From NCBI GenBank assembly GCA_047601445.1, contig JASGJH010000001.1, forward strand, positions 2,624,001 to 2,688,000: a DNA stretch of 64,000 nt, read 5' to 3'. A model generated the notes under the pieces. It worked only from the letters and a program-made list of their open reading frames with translations. It was not told the DNA's origin and did not search any database. Source of the stretch: Myxococcales bacterium (GTDB lineage Bacteria; Myxococcota_A; Polyangia; Polyangiales; DASUME01). The position numbers and the translations under genes were made by a program. Positions 9,064-20,587 of the stretch are shown here, piece by piece. How positions within the stretch are numbered: the first letter of the stretch is position 1; every line of letters begins with the position of its first letter.

Positions 9064-10278
9064 ATGGCTACCGACGTGGAGCGCGCAGACGACGCCATCC
9101 GCATCACGTTCACCGGGGTCGATCGACCGGGCATTACCGCCGAACTGGCAGGCTTGCTCGCCGAGGCGGGGGCAACTCTGCTCGACATCGAACAAGTGGT
9201 GGTGGAAGAACGGCTCAACCTCAATTTCCTGGTCGCCCTCGAGGGCGGTGAAAACGGCTCACGCCCGGTCCTCAAGGAGGTCCTGTGGAAGGCCCGCGAA
9301 CTGGGCCTGCACGTGGACTTCGACCTGGCCCCGCGCGTGCGTCAGCGCAGCGCGGACAAGCCCGTCTGGGCGCTCACGGTCATCGCCAACCCCATCGACG
9401 TCAGGCTCCTGGCCACGCTCTCGCAGACCACCGCGCGGGCCGGCTTCAACATCGAGCGCATCCATCGCCTGAGCCACAAGACGCTCACCTCGGCGGAGTT
9501 CTCGCTGAGCGGTGAGTGCGGCGAGCCGGAGCGCGCCCTGCGGGCAGGGCTCATGAAGCTGCGCGCGGAGTTTCAGTGCGACCTGGCGTTGCAGCGCGAG
9601 ACGCTGACCCGCCGCAGCAAGCGCCTCATCGTGATGGACATGGACTCCACGCTCATCCAGCAGGAGGTCATCGACGAGTTGGCCGTCTCGCTCGGGGTCC
9701 AGGACAAGGTGAGCGCCATCACCCACCGCGCCATGAACGGCGAGCTCGACTTCGACCAGAGCCTGCGCGAGCGCGTCCGCCTGTTGAAGGGCACCCCCGA
9801 AAGCGCGCTCGTACAGGTGCTCGAGCGCATTCATCTGACGCCTGGAGCCGAGGAATTGGTGCGCGTGCTGAAGCGCCTCGGCTACCGCACGGCGGTGATC
9901 TCGGGCGGGTTCATCGAGGTGGTGGAGCCCATTCAGAAGCGACTCGGGCTCGACTACGCCTATGCCAATCGACTCGAGGTCAAGGACGGGCTGCTCACCG
10001 GCGAGGTCCTGGGCACCATCGTCAACCGCCAGCGCAAGGCCGAGCTCCTGGTCTCCATCGCGCAGACCGAACGCATCGGTATCGACCAGGTCATCGCCGT
10101 CGGCGACGGCGCCAACGACCTCGACATGCTGCACCGCGCCGGCCTCGGTATCGCCTTCAACGCCAAGCGCACCGTGCAGGAACAGGCACAGGCGGCCATC
10201 AACCAAACCAGCTTGATGTCCATTCTGTACCTGCTCGGCATCCGGGACATCGACACGCTCTCGATCGGAGAGCACTGA
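9064..10278 (+). CDS. serB: Phosphoserine phosphatase with ACT domains
   Basis: N-terminal ACT motif TGVDRPGIT and HAD motifs DMDSTLI, ISGGF, GDGANDL. Confidence 0.95.
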   Translation: MATDVERADDAIRITFTGVDRPGITAELAGLLAEAGATLLDIEQVVVEERLNLNFLVALEGGENGSRPVLKEVLWKARELGLHVDFDLAPRVRQRSADKPVWALTVIANPIDVRLLATLSQTTARAGFNIERIHRLSHKTLTSAEFSLSGECGEPERALRAGLMKLRAEFQCDLALQRETLTRRSKRLIVMDMDSTLIQQEVIDELAVSLGVQDKVSAITHRAMNGELDFDQSLRERVRLLKGTPESALVQVLERIHLTPGAEELVRVLKRLGYRTAVISGGFIEVVEPIQKRLGLDYAYANRLEVKDGLLTGEVLGTIVNRQRKAELLVSIAQTERIGIDQVIAVGDGANDLDMLHRAGLGIAFNAKRTVQEQAQAAINQTSLMSILYLLGIRDIDTLSIGEH

Positions 10279-10281
10279 TCC

Positions 10282-11202
10282 ATGCGGCAGCTGCGCGAAG
10301 TCCCCGACGAGCGCACGGGCCGCATGTTGGTCGACGCGCTCGATGACGCGGGGATCGAGAGCGAGCTGAAGGTGGGCGGGGCCGGCTCCAGCGTGGTCTG
10401 GGTGCTCGACGAGACCCAGCTGCCGCGCGCCAAAGAGCTGACCGCCGGCTGGCTCGACGCCGGGGAAATCGGCGAGAACTTCCAGCGTGCGTCCGCCCGC
10501 GGTCGCGGCGCGCGCGAGCTCAAGGAGCGCACCGATCAGCGGCGACGCGAACAGGCGGAGGCCGCCTCTCGCGAATTCGAAGCACTGACCAAGCCGAGGC
10601 CCACGCCACTCACCTGGGGACTCATCGCTCTCTGCGTGGGCATCGCCATCCTTGGCCAAGTTGGCGATCACCGCCAGGTCTTCGCCGCCCTCGGCATGAC
10701 CGATCCACGCGAGCCGATCCACGTCACCGTCTTCACGGCGTTCGGTCAGCGCATCGAGTGGCTCGCCCTGCCCTGGCGCGAACCCTGGCGCATGATCACG
10801 CCCATCCTCGTGCACGTCACGGGTTGGCACATTCTGTTCAACATGCTCTGGCTGCGCGACCTCGGACGGCTCGTCGAGGCCCGCCACGGCGCGCGCTACC
10901 TGCTGGCGTTCGTGCTGGTCAGCGGCGTGCTCTCCAACATCGCGCAGTACCAGCTGGGCCAGGGCGTCGCCTTCGCGGGCATGTCCGGCGTGGTCTACGG
11001 CCTCCTGGGCTTGATCTGGATCCGCGGGCGCCTGGACCCGAACGCGGGCTACGGCCTCTCGCGCTTCACCGTTCAGTTCATGTTGATCTGGCTGGTGGTC
11101 GGCTTCATCGGCGATTTGCGCATGGCCAACTGGTGCCACCTGTTCGGCCTGCTCATCGGCGCGGCCTGGGGCTTCATCAGCGCACAACCCGCACGTCGCT
11201 AG
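10282..11202 (+). CDS. Rhomboid intramembrane serine protease (GlpG-like)
   Basis: WR motif, HILFNMLW, GMSGVVYG (catalytic Ser) and ANWCHLFG (catalytic His). Confidence 0.92.
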   Translation: MRQLREVPDERTGRMLVDALDDAGIESELKVGGAGSSVVWVLDETQLPRAKELTAGWLDAGEIGENFQRASARGRGARELKERTDQRRREQAEAASREFEALTKPRPTPLTWGLIALCVGIAILGQVGDHRQVFAALGMTDPREPIHVTVFTAFGQRIEWLALPWREPWRMITPILVHVTGWHILFNMLWLRDLGRLVEARHGARYLLAFVLVSGVLSNIAQYQLGQGVAFAGMSGVVYGLLGLIWIRGRLDPNAGYGLSRFTVQFMLIWLVVGFIGDLRMANWCHLFGLLIGAAWGFISAQPARR

Positions 11203-11793
11203 CTAGGCCGCGTTGCGATCGATGGGCGAAGGCGGCACCGACGGGGTCGGCGGCACCGAGGGAGTCTGCACGGGCGCGGCCACGGGCTGCGCGACCGTCT
11301 TGGGCTCGAGCTTGATGGGCCGGCCGTGCTCGTCGTACTGGTAGTCGATACGCGTGCCCAGGAGCCAATCGAACCACGGGCGCGTGACGCACCAGTTGGC
11401 GTCTTGCTCGATGCCCATGTGATGATCGTAGTGGTGCTTGAGGTGCTGCTTGGCCCACTCCGGATCGAGGTGCGCGCGCTTGTGCTTGAAGTAGTAGTCG
11501 AGGGCCGAGTAGCAGACGGTGGCCGTGAAATAGGGGGCCACGGGGAAGAGCGGGAGGTGGAGCGCCACCAAGCCTGCCAGGCTCAACGCTTCCTTGCCCT
11601 GGGCGTGCAGACCGAACACCGGGCGTTCGTAGTCCGGGTCATAGAAGGCGTGTTTGCGCGAGGCGCGGTGATGCTCGCTCCAGTGGAAGCTCCAAAAGCT
11701 CTTCTTTTTTTTGCCGATCCCGTGGAGAACGTACTTGTGGATGAGCCACTCGCCCGCGTTGGCGTACAGAAGTCCAAGTGGAATGCCGAGCAT
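11203..11793 (-). CDS. Fatty acid hydroxylase/sterol desaturase family membrane diiron protein
   Basis: His boxes HKYVLH, HWSEHH, HKRAH and HHYDHH. GGAGG SD lies upstream of ATG 11793. Confidence 0.85.
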   Translation of the reverse strand: MLGIPLGLLYANAGEWLIHKYVLHGIGKKKKSFWSFHWSEHHRASRKHAFYDPDYERPVFGLHAQGKEALSLAGLVALHLPLFPVAPYFTATVCYSALDYYFKHKRAHLDPEWAKQHLKHHYDHHMGIEQDANWCVTRPWFDWLLGTRIDYQYDEHGRPIKLEPKTVAQPVAAPVQTPSVPPTPSVPPSPIDRNAA

Positions 11794-11865
11794 GGGTACA
11801 ACCTCCGGCAAGGGACCGCGCGTACCCGCGCGGTCAAAGCCCCGGCCCCGCTCTCCAAAAAAAAC

Positions 11866-11934
11866 GTGACCGATTAGTCATTATATGACCTGGCGCACCC
11901 CCTCTTGTCGAGATCAAAGTGACCGAATGGTCAT
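11866..11934. promoter_or_regulatory. Two copies of a palindromic TetR-type operator, GTGACCGAWTRGTCAT (11866-11881 and 11919-11934), with minus-strand TATAAT at 11880-11885
   Basis: Two near-identical 16-mers with TGAC-N6-GTCA dyad symmetry, between a divergent TetR gene and hydroxylase gene. Confidence 0.75.
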
Positions 11935-11960
11935 CCTTTCTACTTGTGCGGAGGTAAGTC

Positions 11961-12656
11961 GTGCCCACTAAGGGGGCGGGACGCCTACCTCCCCAGGTAC
12001 CAGGGGAACGACCGGGGCCCGTCGGCGGCAAGCGAGACGCCAACCGCCGCGCGCGCACCGAGGGGCTGCTCGACGCGGCCAAGAAGCTGTTTCTCGAGCA
12101 CGGCCTCGAGAGCGTGAGCATCGACGACATCACGCGCGAGGCGGGTGTCGCGAAGGGCAGCTTCTACCGCTACTTCGCGGACAAGGAGGACCTCTCGCGG
12201 GCCCTCTTGGCGCCCACCCGCGAGCGCGTATTGGGAGCGTTCGCGCGTGCTCAGCGCAAGCTCTCGCAGGCCACCGAGCCTGGCCAGGCACGCTCGGCGT
12301 ATCTGCGCCTCGGTCGCGAGCTCGCCGCGGCCTTGATGGGGGATCCGGCCATCGCGCGCCTCTACCTGCAGGAGAGCCGCGCCCCCGGCGTCGCAGCCCG
12401 CTTGCCCGTGCGGGAGCTCGAGCGCGAGGTCGTGCAGGCCGCGCGCAGCCTGACCGAGGTGGCCTTTGCCCACGGGCTCTTGCGAGGCGCCCATCCGCAG
12501 GTGAGCACCCTCAGCGTAATCGGCGCCGCCGAGCGCTTGCTGCACGCGTTCTTCAACGGTGAGCTCGAGGTCGACCCGGTGTCTGCGATGCAGGACCTGG
12601 TGATGATCGTGCTCGATGGCATCCGCGACAGCGGCCCCAAGCGCCCCAGCAAGTAG
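11961..12656 (+). CDS. TetR/AcrR family transcriptional regulator
   Basis: HTH LLDAAKKLFLEHG..SVSIDDITREAGVAKGSFYRYFADKEDL. Confidence 0.95.
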   Translation: MPTKGAGRLPPQVPGERPGPVGGKRDANRRARTEGLLDAAKKLFLEHGLESVSIDDITREAGVAKGSFYRYFADKEDLSRALLAPTRERVLGAFARAQRKLSQATEPGQARSAYLRLGRELAAALMGDPAIARLYLQESRAPGVAARLPVRELEREVVQAARSLTEVAFAHGLLRGAHPQVSTLSVIGAAERLLHAFFNGELEVDPVSAMQDLVMIVLDGIRDSGPKRPSK

Positions 12657-12693
12657 CGAACATGCCGCAAGCGCTCGCGCGAACCGCGGCCCA

Positions 12694-13704
12694 CTAGGGC
12701 GTCGCGGACTCGGCGAGCAACTTGTCGAGCCAGCTCCCGAACGCGTCGGACGCGGCCAAGGTCTTCACGCCGGGTGCCACGGCACGCACGGTGAGCGCGC
12801 GCGCCTCGTCGAGCAGCCCCGCCTCCCGAAGCAGCTCGGCCAGCGATTGCCCTCCGACGATCTTCAGGGCTTCGGCGACTTCGTTCTCGATGATTGCGCG
12901 GAACCACGCTTGCTTCGGCAAGTGGTCGAGCACCTTGGCGACGACTCCGGCAATCTCGTGCTCGGGCAGGTGGCGGAAGTCGGCGATCACGTCGCTCAGC
13001 TTGCCGGCGATTACGCGATCGACCACGCGCTCACGGATGCGCAGCACGATCTTCTGCCCTTCGTCGCTCTTCATGCGCACGCCCAGCGCCGTGCGGAACT
13101 CGGTAATGGCAGTCTGCGAGAAATCCCGGGCCACGCTGTTCATCACGGTCTTGCCCGCTTCGGCGAGCTGACCTGCGCTCTTCTGGACTTGCTTGCCGAT
13201 CATGCCGACCAGGCCGCCGAGCCCGCTGCCGCCGCCAGCGCCACCGCCGCTGCCTCCGCCCACGCCTCCCAGGCCCGGAATGGGAAGCTTCGAGGCAAAC
13301 TGGATCAGCACCTGCTGCACCACGGGCGCCACCAGCTGCCGAATGTCGTCCGGATCGACGGCCCCCTTGAGCCAGCCGAGGCGCGGCCCCTTGCCGCTCG
13401 CCACGATCGCCCGCAGCTGCTTCTCGCCTTCCTCGCCGAGTCCGTCCTTGAGGCGCTCGGGCTTGCCCGCGAAGGCAGCATCCACGCGCGCGATGATCGG
13501 CAGCACATGGCGTTCGGCGATGCGCTCGGCGTTGTCGGCGGTCAACGCCTTGAAGATCAACGGGGCCAGGCCCGGATCGGACAGGAGCACCGACAAGGGC
13601 TGCGCCGTGATGGCGTCGAAGGTGAGAGTGAGGAGGTCATCGCGGAGAGGGCTTTCGTCCGCGGAAAGCAAGGATTGGATCTTCGTGCGCTGCGCCTGAG
13701 ACAT
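12694..13704 (-). CDS. Hypothetical helical protein with Gly-rich linker
   Basis: 336-aa ORF with normal codon bias and a central GLGGVGGGSGGGAGGGSGLGG linker. Confidence 0.65.
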   Translation of the reverse strand: MSQAQRTKIQSLLSADESPLRDDLLTLTFDAITAQPLSVLLSDPGLAPLIFKALTADNAERIAERHVLPIIARVDAAFAGKPERLKDGLGEEGEKQLRAIVASGKGPRLGWLKGAVDPDDIRQLVAPVVQQVLIQFASKLPIPGLGGVGGGSGGGAGGGSGLGGLVGMIGKQVQKSAGQLAEAGKTVMNSVARDFSQTAITEFRTALGVRMKSDEGQKIVLRIRERVVDRVIAGKLSDVIADFRHLPEHEIAGVVAKVLDHLPKQAWFRAIIENEVAEALKIVGGQSLAELLREAGLLDEARALTVRAVAPGVKTLAASDAFGSWLDKLLAESATP

Positions 13705-13833
13705 GCCCCGACAGTGCGAAGAAACCGGCGACCAGTCAACCGTCTCCGCCGCGCTCCGCGGGCTCTATCGCAACAAGACTCACCGCCCTGACACGAACGG
13801 ATGGTAATGTCTGCGCGCAACGAGGGGAGCCGG

Positions 13834-14778
13834 ATGAGGAAGCGCGTTTCAACTGTGTTGGGGGCCACGATGTTGATGGCTTGTGCCGGTGGCCCGAAGC
13901 CGGCCCAGGTCCCCCCGAGCGACCTGGTCTCGAAGACCACCGGCGACACCGAAACCGTGGTCCCTCCGGCCCCGGGCTTCGGCGGACGCCTGTTCGACAA
14001 CTGGATCAAAGAGCTGCACTCCGACTTCCTCCCCGACAATCCGGATACCCCCGAGGCCGACGGTCGAGGCGGCCCGTTCGGCAATGGCACCCTGCCTGGC
14101 CACGACGGCAACCCCATGCTCAACAGCGGGCACAACTACCGCATCAAGAACCTGTTCGGCTGGGACCTGCGCGGCGCCGACGGCATCTACGGCCCCCGCT
14201 ACGCCAACAAGTCCCACGTGCTGTTGCCCGATCTGCTCAAGAACACCGACAGCCGCGAGGATTGGATCATCCGGCTCGACGAAGGTGAAGACGCCATCCC
14301 GGCCTTCGGCAAGGTGCTCACGCGACCGCAGATCGAAGCCGTCGTGGACTTCTTGCTCGGCATCCGCGATGGCACGCTGCCGCGCCCCGAGGACCTGTTC
14401 GCGCTCTCCGAGAATACCCCTGGGAATTATCAGCTCACACCGGGTGGCGACGCCGAACGCGGACAGATCTACTTCACGCAGACCTGCAGCCACTGCCACG
14501 GCGCCGACGGGGCGTCCTTTCTGCTCGACGACGGCAAGCTTTCGCTCGGCATGTTGATGCGCACCGAGGGCTACGAGACCTGGGCCAAGATCCTCAGCGG
14601 CCAGCCGGGCACCGGCATGCACTCGCAGCTTCCCCAGGGCGCCCCGCGTGAGGAGCTCACTCAGATCCTGCGCGATCTCAACGCGGCCACCTGTGACCGC
14701 ACGCGCTACCCCAAGGGCGCCGCCACGGGCGACGACGTGCCTGACGGCGATCTCCGCTGCGGCTCGTACCTCAAGTAG
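13834..14778 (+). CDS. c-type cytochrome lipoprotein
   Basis: LMAC lipobox, one CSHCH motif (14485-14499) and a distal Met candidate in GQPGTGM. GAGGGGAG SD upstream. Confidence 0.8.
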   Translation: MRKRVSTVLGATMLMACAGGPKPAQVPPSDLVSKTTGDTETVVPPAPGFGGRLFDNWIKELHSDFLPDNPDTPEADGRGGPFGNGTLPGHDGNPMLNSGHNYRIKNLFGWDLRGADGIYGPRYANKSHVLLPDLLKNTDSREDWIIRLDEGEDAIPAFGKVLTRPQIEAVVDFLLGIRDGTLPRPEDLFALSENTPGNYQLTPGGDAERGQIYFTQTCSHCHGADGASFLLDDGKLSLGMLMRTEGYETWAKILSGQPGTGMHSQLPQGAPREELTQILRDLNAATCDRTRYPKGAATGDDVPDGDLRCGSYLK

Positions 14779-14783
14779 CAGCC

Positions 14784-15728
14784 ATGTCCTTCGACAGCTT
14801 TCCCGTCCTCGACCTGCACGGCGCGGCAGAGGGTTCGCACTCCGCAGCGCTCGCGGCAGAGCTCGGAGCTGCCCTGCGCGAGTTCGGCTTCGTGGGCGTG
14901 ATAGGGCACTCCGTGAGCATGGAGCTGCGGGCCCGCGCCTACGCTGCGACCAACGCCTTCTTCGCCTTGCCGGAGGCGCAGAAGGGCGCCTATCACCAGG
15001 CAGGTCGCGGCGGCGAGCGCGGTTACACGCCCTTTCGCGTGGAGACCGCGAAGGATCAGACCGATCCCGACCTGAAAGAGTTCTGGCACGTGGGCCGCGA
15101 GCTGCCCGAGCACGAGCTCGCGCGCGCGCGCTTGCCGGCGAACGTGTGGCCCATGGAGGTCCCGGACTTTCGCGAGAGCATGCTGGCGCTCTATGCCGCG
15201 CTGGACTCCCTGGGCAAGACGCTGCTCTCGCTCGTCGCCACGCATCTCGGGCTCGCCCCCGACTGGTTCGATGCCGCCGTCGATCACGGCAACAGCATCC
15301 TGCGACCTCTGCACTACCCGCCGCTCGCCGCCGATTGGCGCGGTGTGCGCTCGGCGCCCCACGAGGACATCAACCTGATCACGCTGCTGATCGGATCGGG
15401 TGAACCCGGGCTCGAGATCTTGCGCCCCGACGGCAGCTGGCTCCCCATCGAAACCCCACGCGATCAGATCGTCGTCAACGTGGGTGACATGTTGCAGCGA
15501 CTCACGAACCACGTGCTGCCCTCCACCACTCACCGCGTAGTGAACCCGCCCGCACCTTGGAACACGCGATCGCGCTACTCGCTGCCCTTCTTCCTGCACT
15601 TCAATCCCGAATTCGAGATCGTCACGTTGCCTAGTTGCGTGAGCGAAACGCGCCCCGATCGTTATCCACAATCCATCACCGCCGACGCCTACCTGCAGCA
15701 GCGCTTGCGCGAGATCGGGCTGCTCTGA
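14784..15728 (+). CDS. 2-oxoglutarate/Fe(II) dioxygenase, isopenicillin N synthase family
   Basis: DLKEFW, HYPP, HED, NVGDML, HRVV and RYS motifs. Confidence 0.92.
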   Translation: MSFDSFPVLDLHGAAEGSHSAALAAELGAALREFGFVGVIGHSVSMELRARAYAATNAFFALPEAQKGAYHQAGRGGERGYTPFRVETAKDQTDPDLKEFWHVGRELPEHELARARLPANVWPMEVPDFRESMLALYAALDSLGKTLLSLVATHLGLAPDWFDAAVDHGNSILRPLHYPPLAADWRGVRSAPHEDINLITLLIGSGEPGLEILRPDGSWLPIETPRDQIVVNVGDMLQRLTNHVLPSTTHRVVNPPAPWNTRSRYSLPFFLHFNPEFEIVTLPSCVSETRPDRYPQSITADAYLQQRLREIGLL

Positions 15729-15837
15729 GCGCGTGCGCAACGCGCGTGGTGCAACGCGCGCGCCACGACTCATCGACGATCCGCGCACGATTTGGGATCG
15801 ACAAGTGCGCGCCAGGATGATCTAACTGCGTCTACCG

Positions 15838-18177
<2,340 letters not shown>

Positions 18178-18229
18178 TCGCGAAGGGATTTTGGTGGCAC
18201 CCGAGATCGCGAGACGGCACCATGCGCCC

Positions 18230-19045
18230 ATGAGCCGCGACGCGATTCCCTACGAGCTCGAAGGCATGGTGTCCACGGTCACCGTGCTGCGCCTGCTGAC
18301 CGACGATCTGGCCTCCGTGCAGAAGGCACTGCGCAACAAAATCGAGCAGATGCCCGGCTTCTTCCAGGACGCCGCGGTCGCCGTGGACCTCTCGGTACTC
18401 GAGGGAACAGACGACGACGCGGAGGAAGATCCGCCGCGCGCGCGCCGCGAGATCCCGCTGCAGAAGATCGTCACCATGCTGCGGGAGCTCAAGCTGGTGC
18501 CGGTGGGCATTCGCTACTTGCGGGAGGCGCGGCGCGCCGAAGCACGTGCCGCGGGCCTGGGCATGCTGCGGGGCTCGAGCCGCAAGCCCACCAGGAGCGT
18601 CCCCAAGGATCCGAACGTCGCCGCCAAGCCGGTCGACGACGCGCGAGCCCAGGACGAGCGCCGCAGCGGCAACGAACGACGGGTCGACGGTCCCATGCCG
18701 GCTCCCATCGTGGTCCCGCCCTCCACGCTCATCCTGCGTACGCCCCTGCGCTCCGGGCAGGTGGTCTACGCCGAACAGTGCGACGCCGTGGTGCTCTCCC
18801 ACGTCAATGCCGGCGCCGAGCTCATCGCCGACGGCAACATTCACGTGTACGCCTCGCTGCGCGGACGAGCCTTGGCTGGAGCGCACGGCAACGAAGAGGC
18901 GCGCATCTTCTGCAAGAGCCTCGAGGCCGACCTGGTGGCCATCGCTGGTTGCTATCTTCGCTCCGACGAAATTCCCGAAAATCGGCGCGGAAAACCCGCG
19001 CAGATCTATCTCGAGAAGGGCCAGCTGGTCATCGCAGATCTGTAA
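18230..19045 (+). CDS. minC: Septum site-determining protein MinC
   Basis: RSGQVVYA, VNAGAELIADGNIHVY..LRGRALAG and ARIFC..LEADLVAIAG. Confidence 0.93.
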   Translation: MSRDAIPYELEGMVSTVTVLRLLTDDLASVQKALRNKIEQMPGFFQDAAVAVDLSVLEGTDDDAEEDPPRARREIPLQKIVTMLRELKLVPVGIRYLREARRAEARAAGLGMLRGSSRKPTRSVPKDPNVAAKPVDDARAQDERRSGNERRVDGPMPAPIVVPPSTLILRTPLRSGQVVYAEQCDAVVLSHVNAGAELIADGNIHVYASLRGRALAGAHGNEEARIFCKSLEADLVAIAGCYLRSDEIPENRRGKPAQIYLEKGQLVIADL

Positions 19046-19070
19046 GCGCAGCCACAGCATTCGGCATGAA

Positions 19071-19095
19071 ATGGGGCCTGCCTGCGAGGCCCCAT
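19071..19095 (+). terminator. Stem-loop after minC (possible terminator or mRNA stabiliser)
   Basis: Perfect 9-bp inverted repeat ATGGGGCCT/AGGCCCCAT with a 7-nt loop and only a weak U tail. Confidence 0.5.
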
Positions 19096-19336
19096 ACGTG
19101 TTTCCAGCTCACGTTTGCCTACATTAGATCACACGCCAACCATCCGAAATCGTTGCCGAAAATTTGTCCTCGCTCGCGTTTTCGCGGTTCATGGGCAAAC
19201 GCGCACGCATCCACACGGATCCGAGCGCCCAAGACAGCAGTTTCAGACGCGACGAGGAGCTCGGGTAATCCGGGCGGGTGATCGAGCAGGGCATGGCGAG
19301 ATCGCGCGTAGCTCCGAGAACGCGGGGAGGTCCGAA

Positions 19337-20164
19337 ATGGCAAAAGTGATCGTCGTGACGTCCGGCAAGGGCGGAGTCGGAAAAACCACCACCAGCGCGA
19401 GCATCGCGGCCGGCATGGCCATGCAGGGGTTCAAGACCGTGGCGATCGACTTCGACGTCGGTCTGCGCAACCTCGACCTGATCATGGGTTGCGAGCGGCG
19501 CGTCGTGTACGACCTGGTCAACGTGGTGAAGGGCGAAGCGACCCTGCGTCAGGCCCTCATCCGCGACAAGCGCATCGAGAATCTGTTCGTGCTCCCGGCC
19601 TCGCAGACGCGCGACAAGGACGCGCTCGACTTCGAAGGCGTCGGCCGCGTGATCGACGAGCTCAAGGACCTCGGCTTCGACTACATCCTTTGCGACTCCC
19701 CGGCGGGCATCGAGAAGGGCGCCCAGATGGCCATGTACTACGCGGACGAGGCCATCGTGGTGACCAACCCCGAGGTGTCCAGCGTGCGCGACAGCGACCG
19801 CGTGCTCGGCCTGCTCGACGCCAAGACCCGCAAGGCGGAGCTCGGCGTGCCCATGAAGACGCACCTGCTCGTGACCCGCTACTCGGCCGAGCGCGCGCTC
19901 AAGGGCGAGATGCTCAAGGTCGACGACATCATCGAGCTGCTCGGCATCCCCTTCCTCGGCGTGATCCCCGAGAGCAAGGCCGTGCTGAACAACTCCAACC
20001 AGGGCACACCCGTGGTGATGGACCAGGAGTGCGACGCGGCCGTGGCTTACGCGGATGCCATCAAGCGCTTCCTCGGTGAGGAACAGCCCCACCGCTTCCT
20101 CACCGCTGAAAAGCGCGGCTTCTTCTCTCGCCTGTTCTCCCCCTCCAACGCCTACGCGGGGTGA
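19337..20164 (+). CDS. minD: Septum site-determining ATPase MinD
   Basis: VTSGKGGVGKTT, DFDVGLRNLDLIMGCERRVVYD, DSPAGIE and C-terminal amphipathic helix KRGFFSRLF. GGAGG SD. Confidence 0.97.
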   Translation: MAKVIVVTSGKGGVGKTTTSASIAAGMAMQGFKTVAIDFDVGLRNLDLIMGCERRVVYDLVNVVKGEATLRQALIRDKRIENLFVLPASQTRDKDALDFEGVGRVIDELKDLGFDYILCDSPAGIEKGAQMAMYYADEAIVVTNPEVSSVRDSDRVLGLLDAKTRKAELGVPMKTHLLVTRYSAERALKGEMLKVDDIIELLGIPFLGVIPESKAVLNNSNQGTPVVMDQECDAAVAYADAIKRFLGEEQPHRFLTAEKRGFFSRLFSPSNAYAG

Positions 20165-20169
20165 GCGCC

Positions 20170-20475
20170 ATGAACAGCTGGCTCAAGTTCTTCAACAAAA
20201 AACCCGAGAATTCGGCCCAAACGGCCAAGGACCGTCTGCAGATCATCGTGGCGCGCGAGCGCACGGCCTGCGGCGGCGCGCCCGGTTACTTGCCCCAGCT
20301 CCAGCAGGAGCTCATGCAGGTCATCGCCAAGTACGAGCGTGTGGATCTCGACCGCGTGCAGGTGAACATCGACCGCAAGGGCGATACCGAGGTTCTCGAG
20401 CTGTGCATCATGCTGCCCGAGGGCCAGGAAGCTCCCGTCCAGGCGCCTCTGCGCGGGCGCCCGCTGTTCGCGTGA
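20170..20475 (+). CDS. minE: Cell division topological specificity factor MinE
   Basis: SAQTAKDRLQIIVARER and YLPQLQQELMQVIAKY. Follows minD. Confidence 0.95.
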   Translation: MNSWLKFFNKKPENSAQTAKDRLQIIVARERTACGGAPGYLPQLQQELMQVIAKYERVDLDRVQVNIDRKGDTEVLELCIMLPEGQEAPVQAPLRGRPLFA

Positions 20476-20587
20476 TCGCATAGAGATCGCGCGAGGGCCC
20501 ACAATGAGCAAAGGCGAGTCCGTGAGGGCTCGCCTTTCTAGTTTCTGCTTCTGGGTCGTACCTGTGCCGGGCACGCGTACGTTTTCG

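Noticed and set aside
14784..15728. IPNS-like oxygenase as a marker of a beta-lactam or other biosynthetic cluster
   Set aside because: No NRPS/PKS or tailoring cluster is nearby, and the family is common as stand-alone genes.
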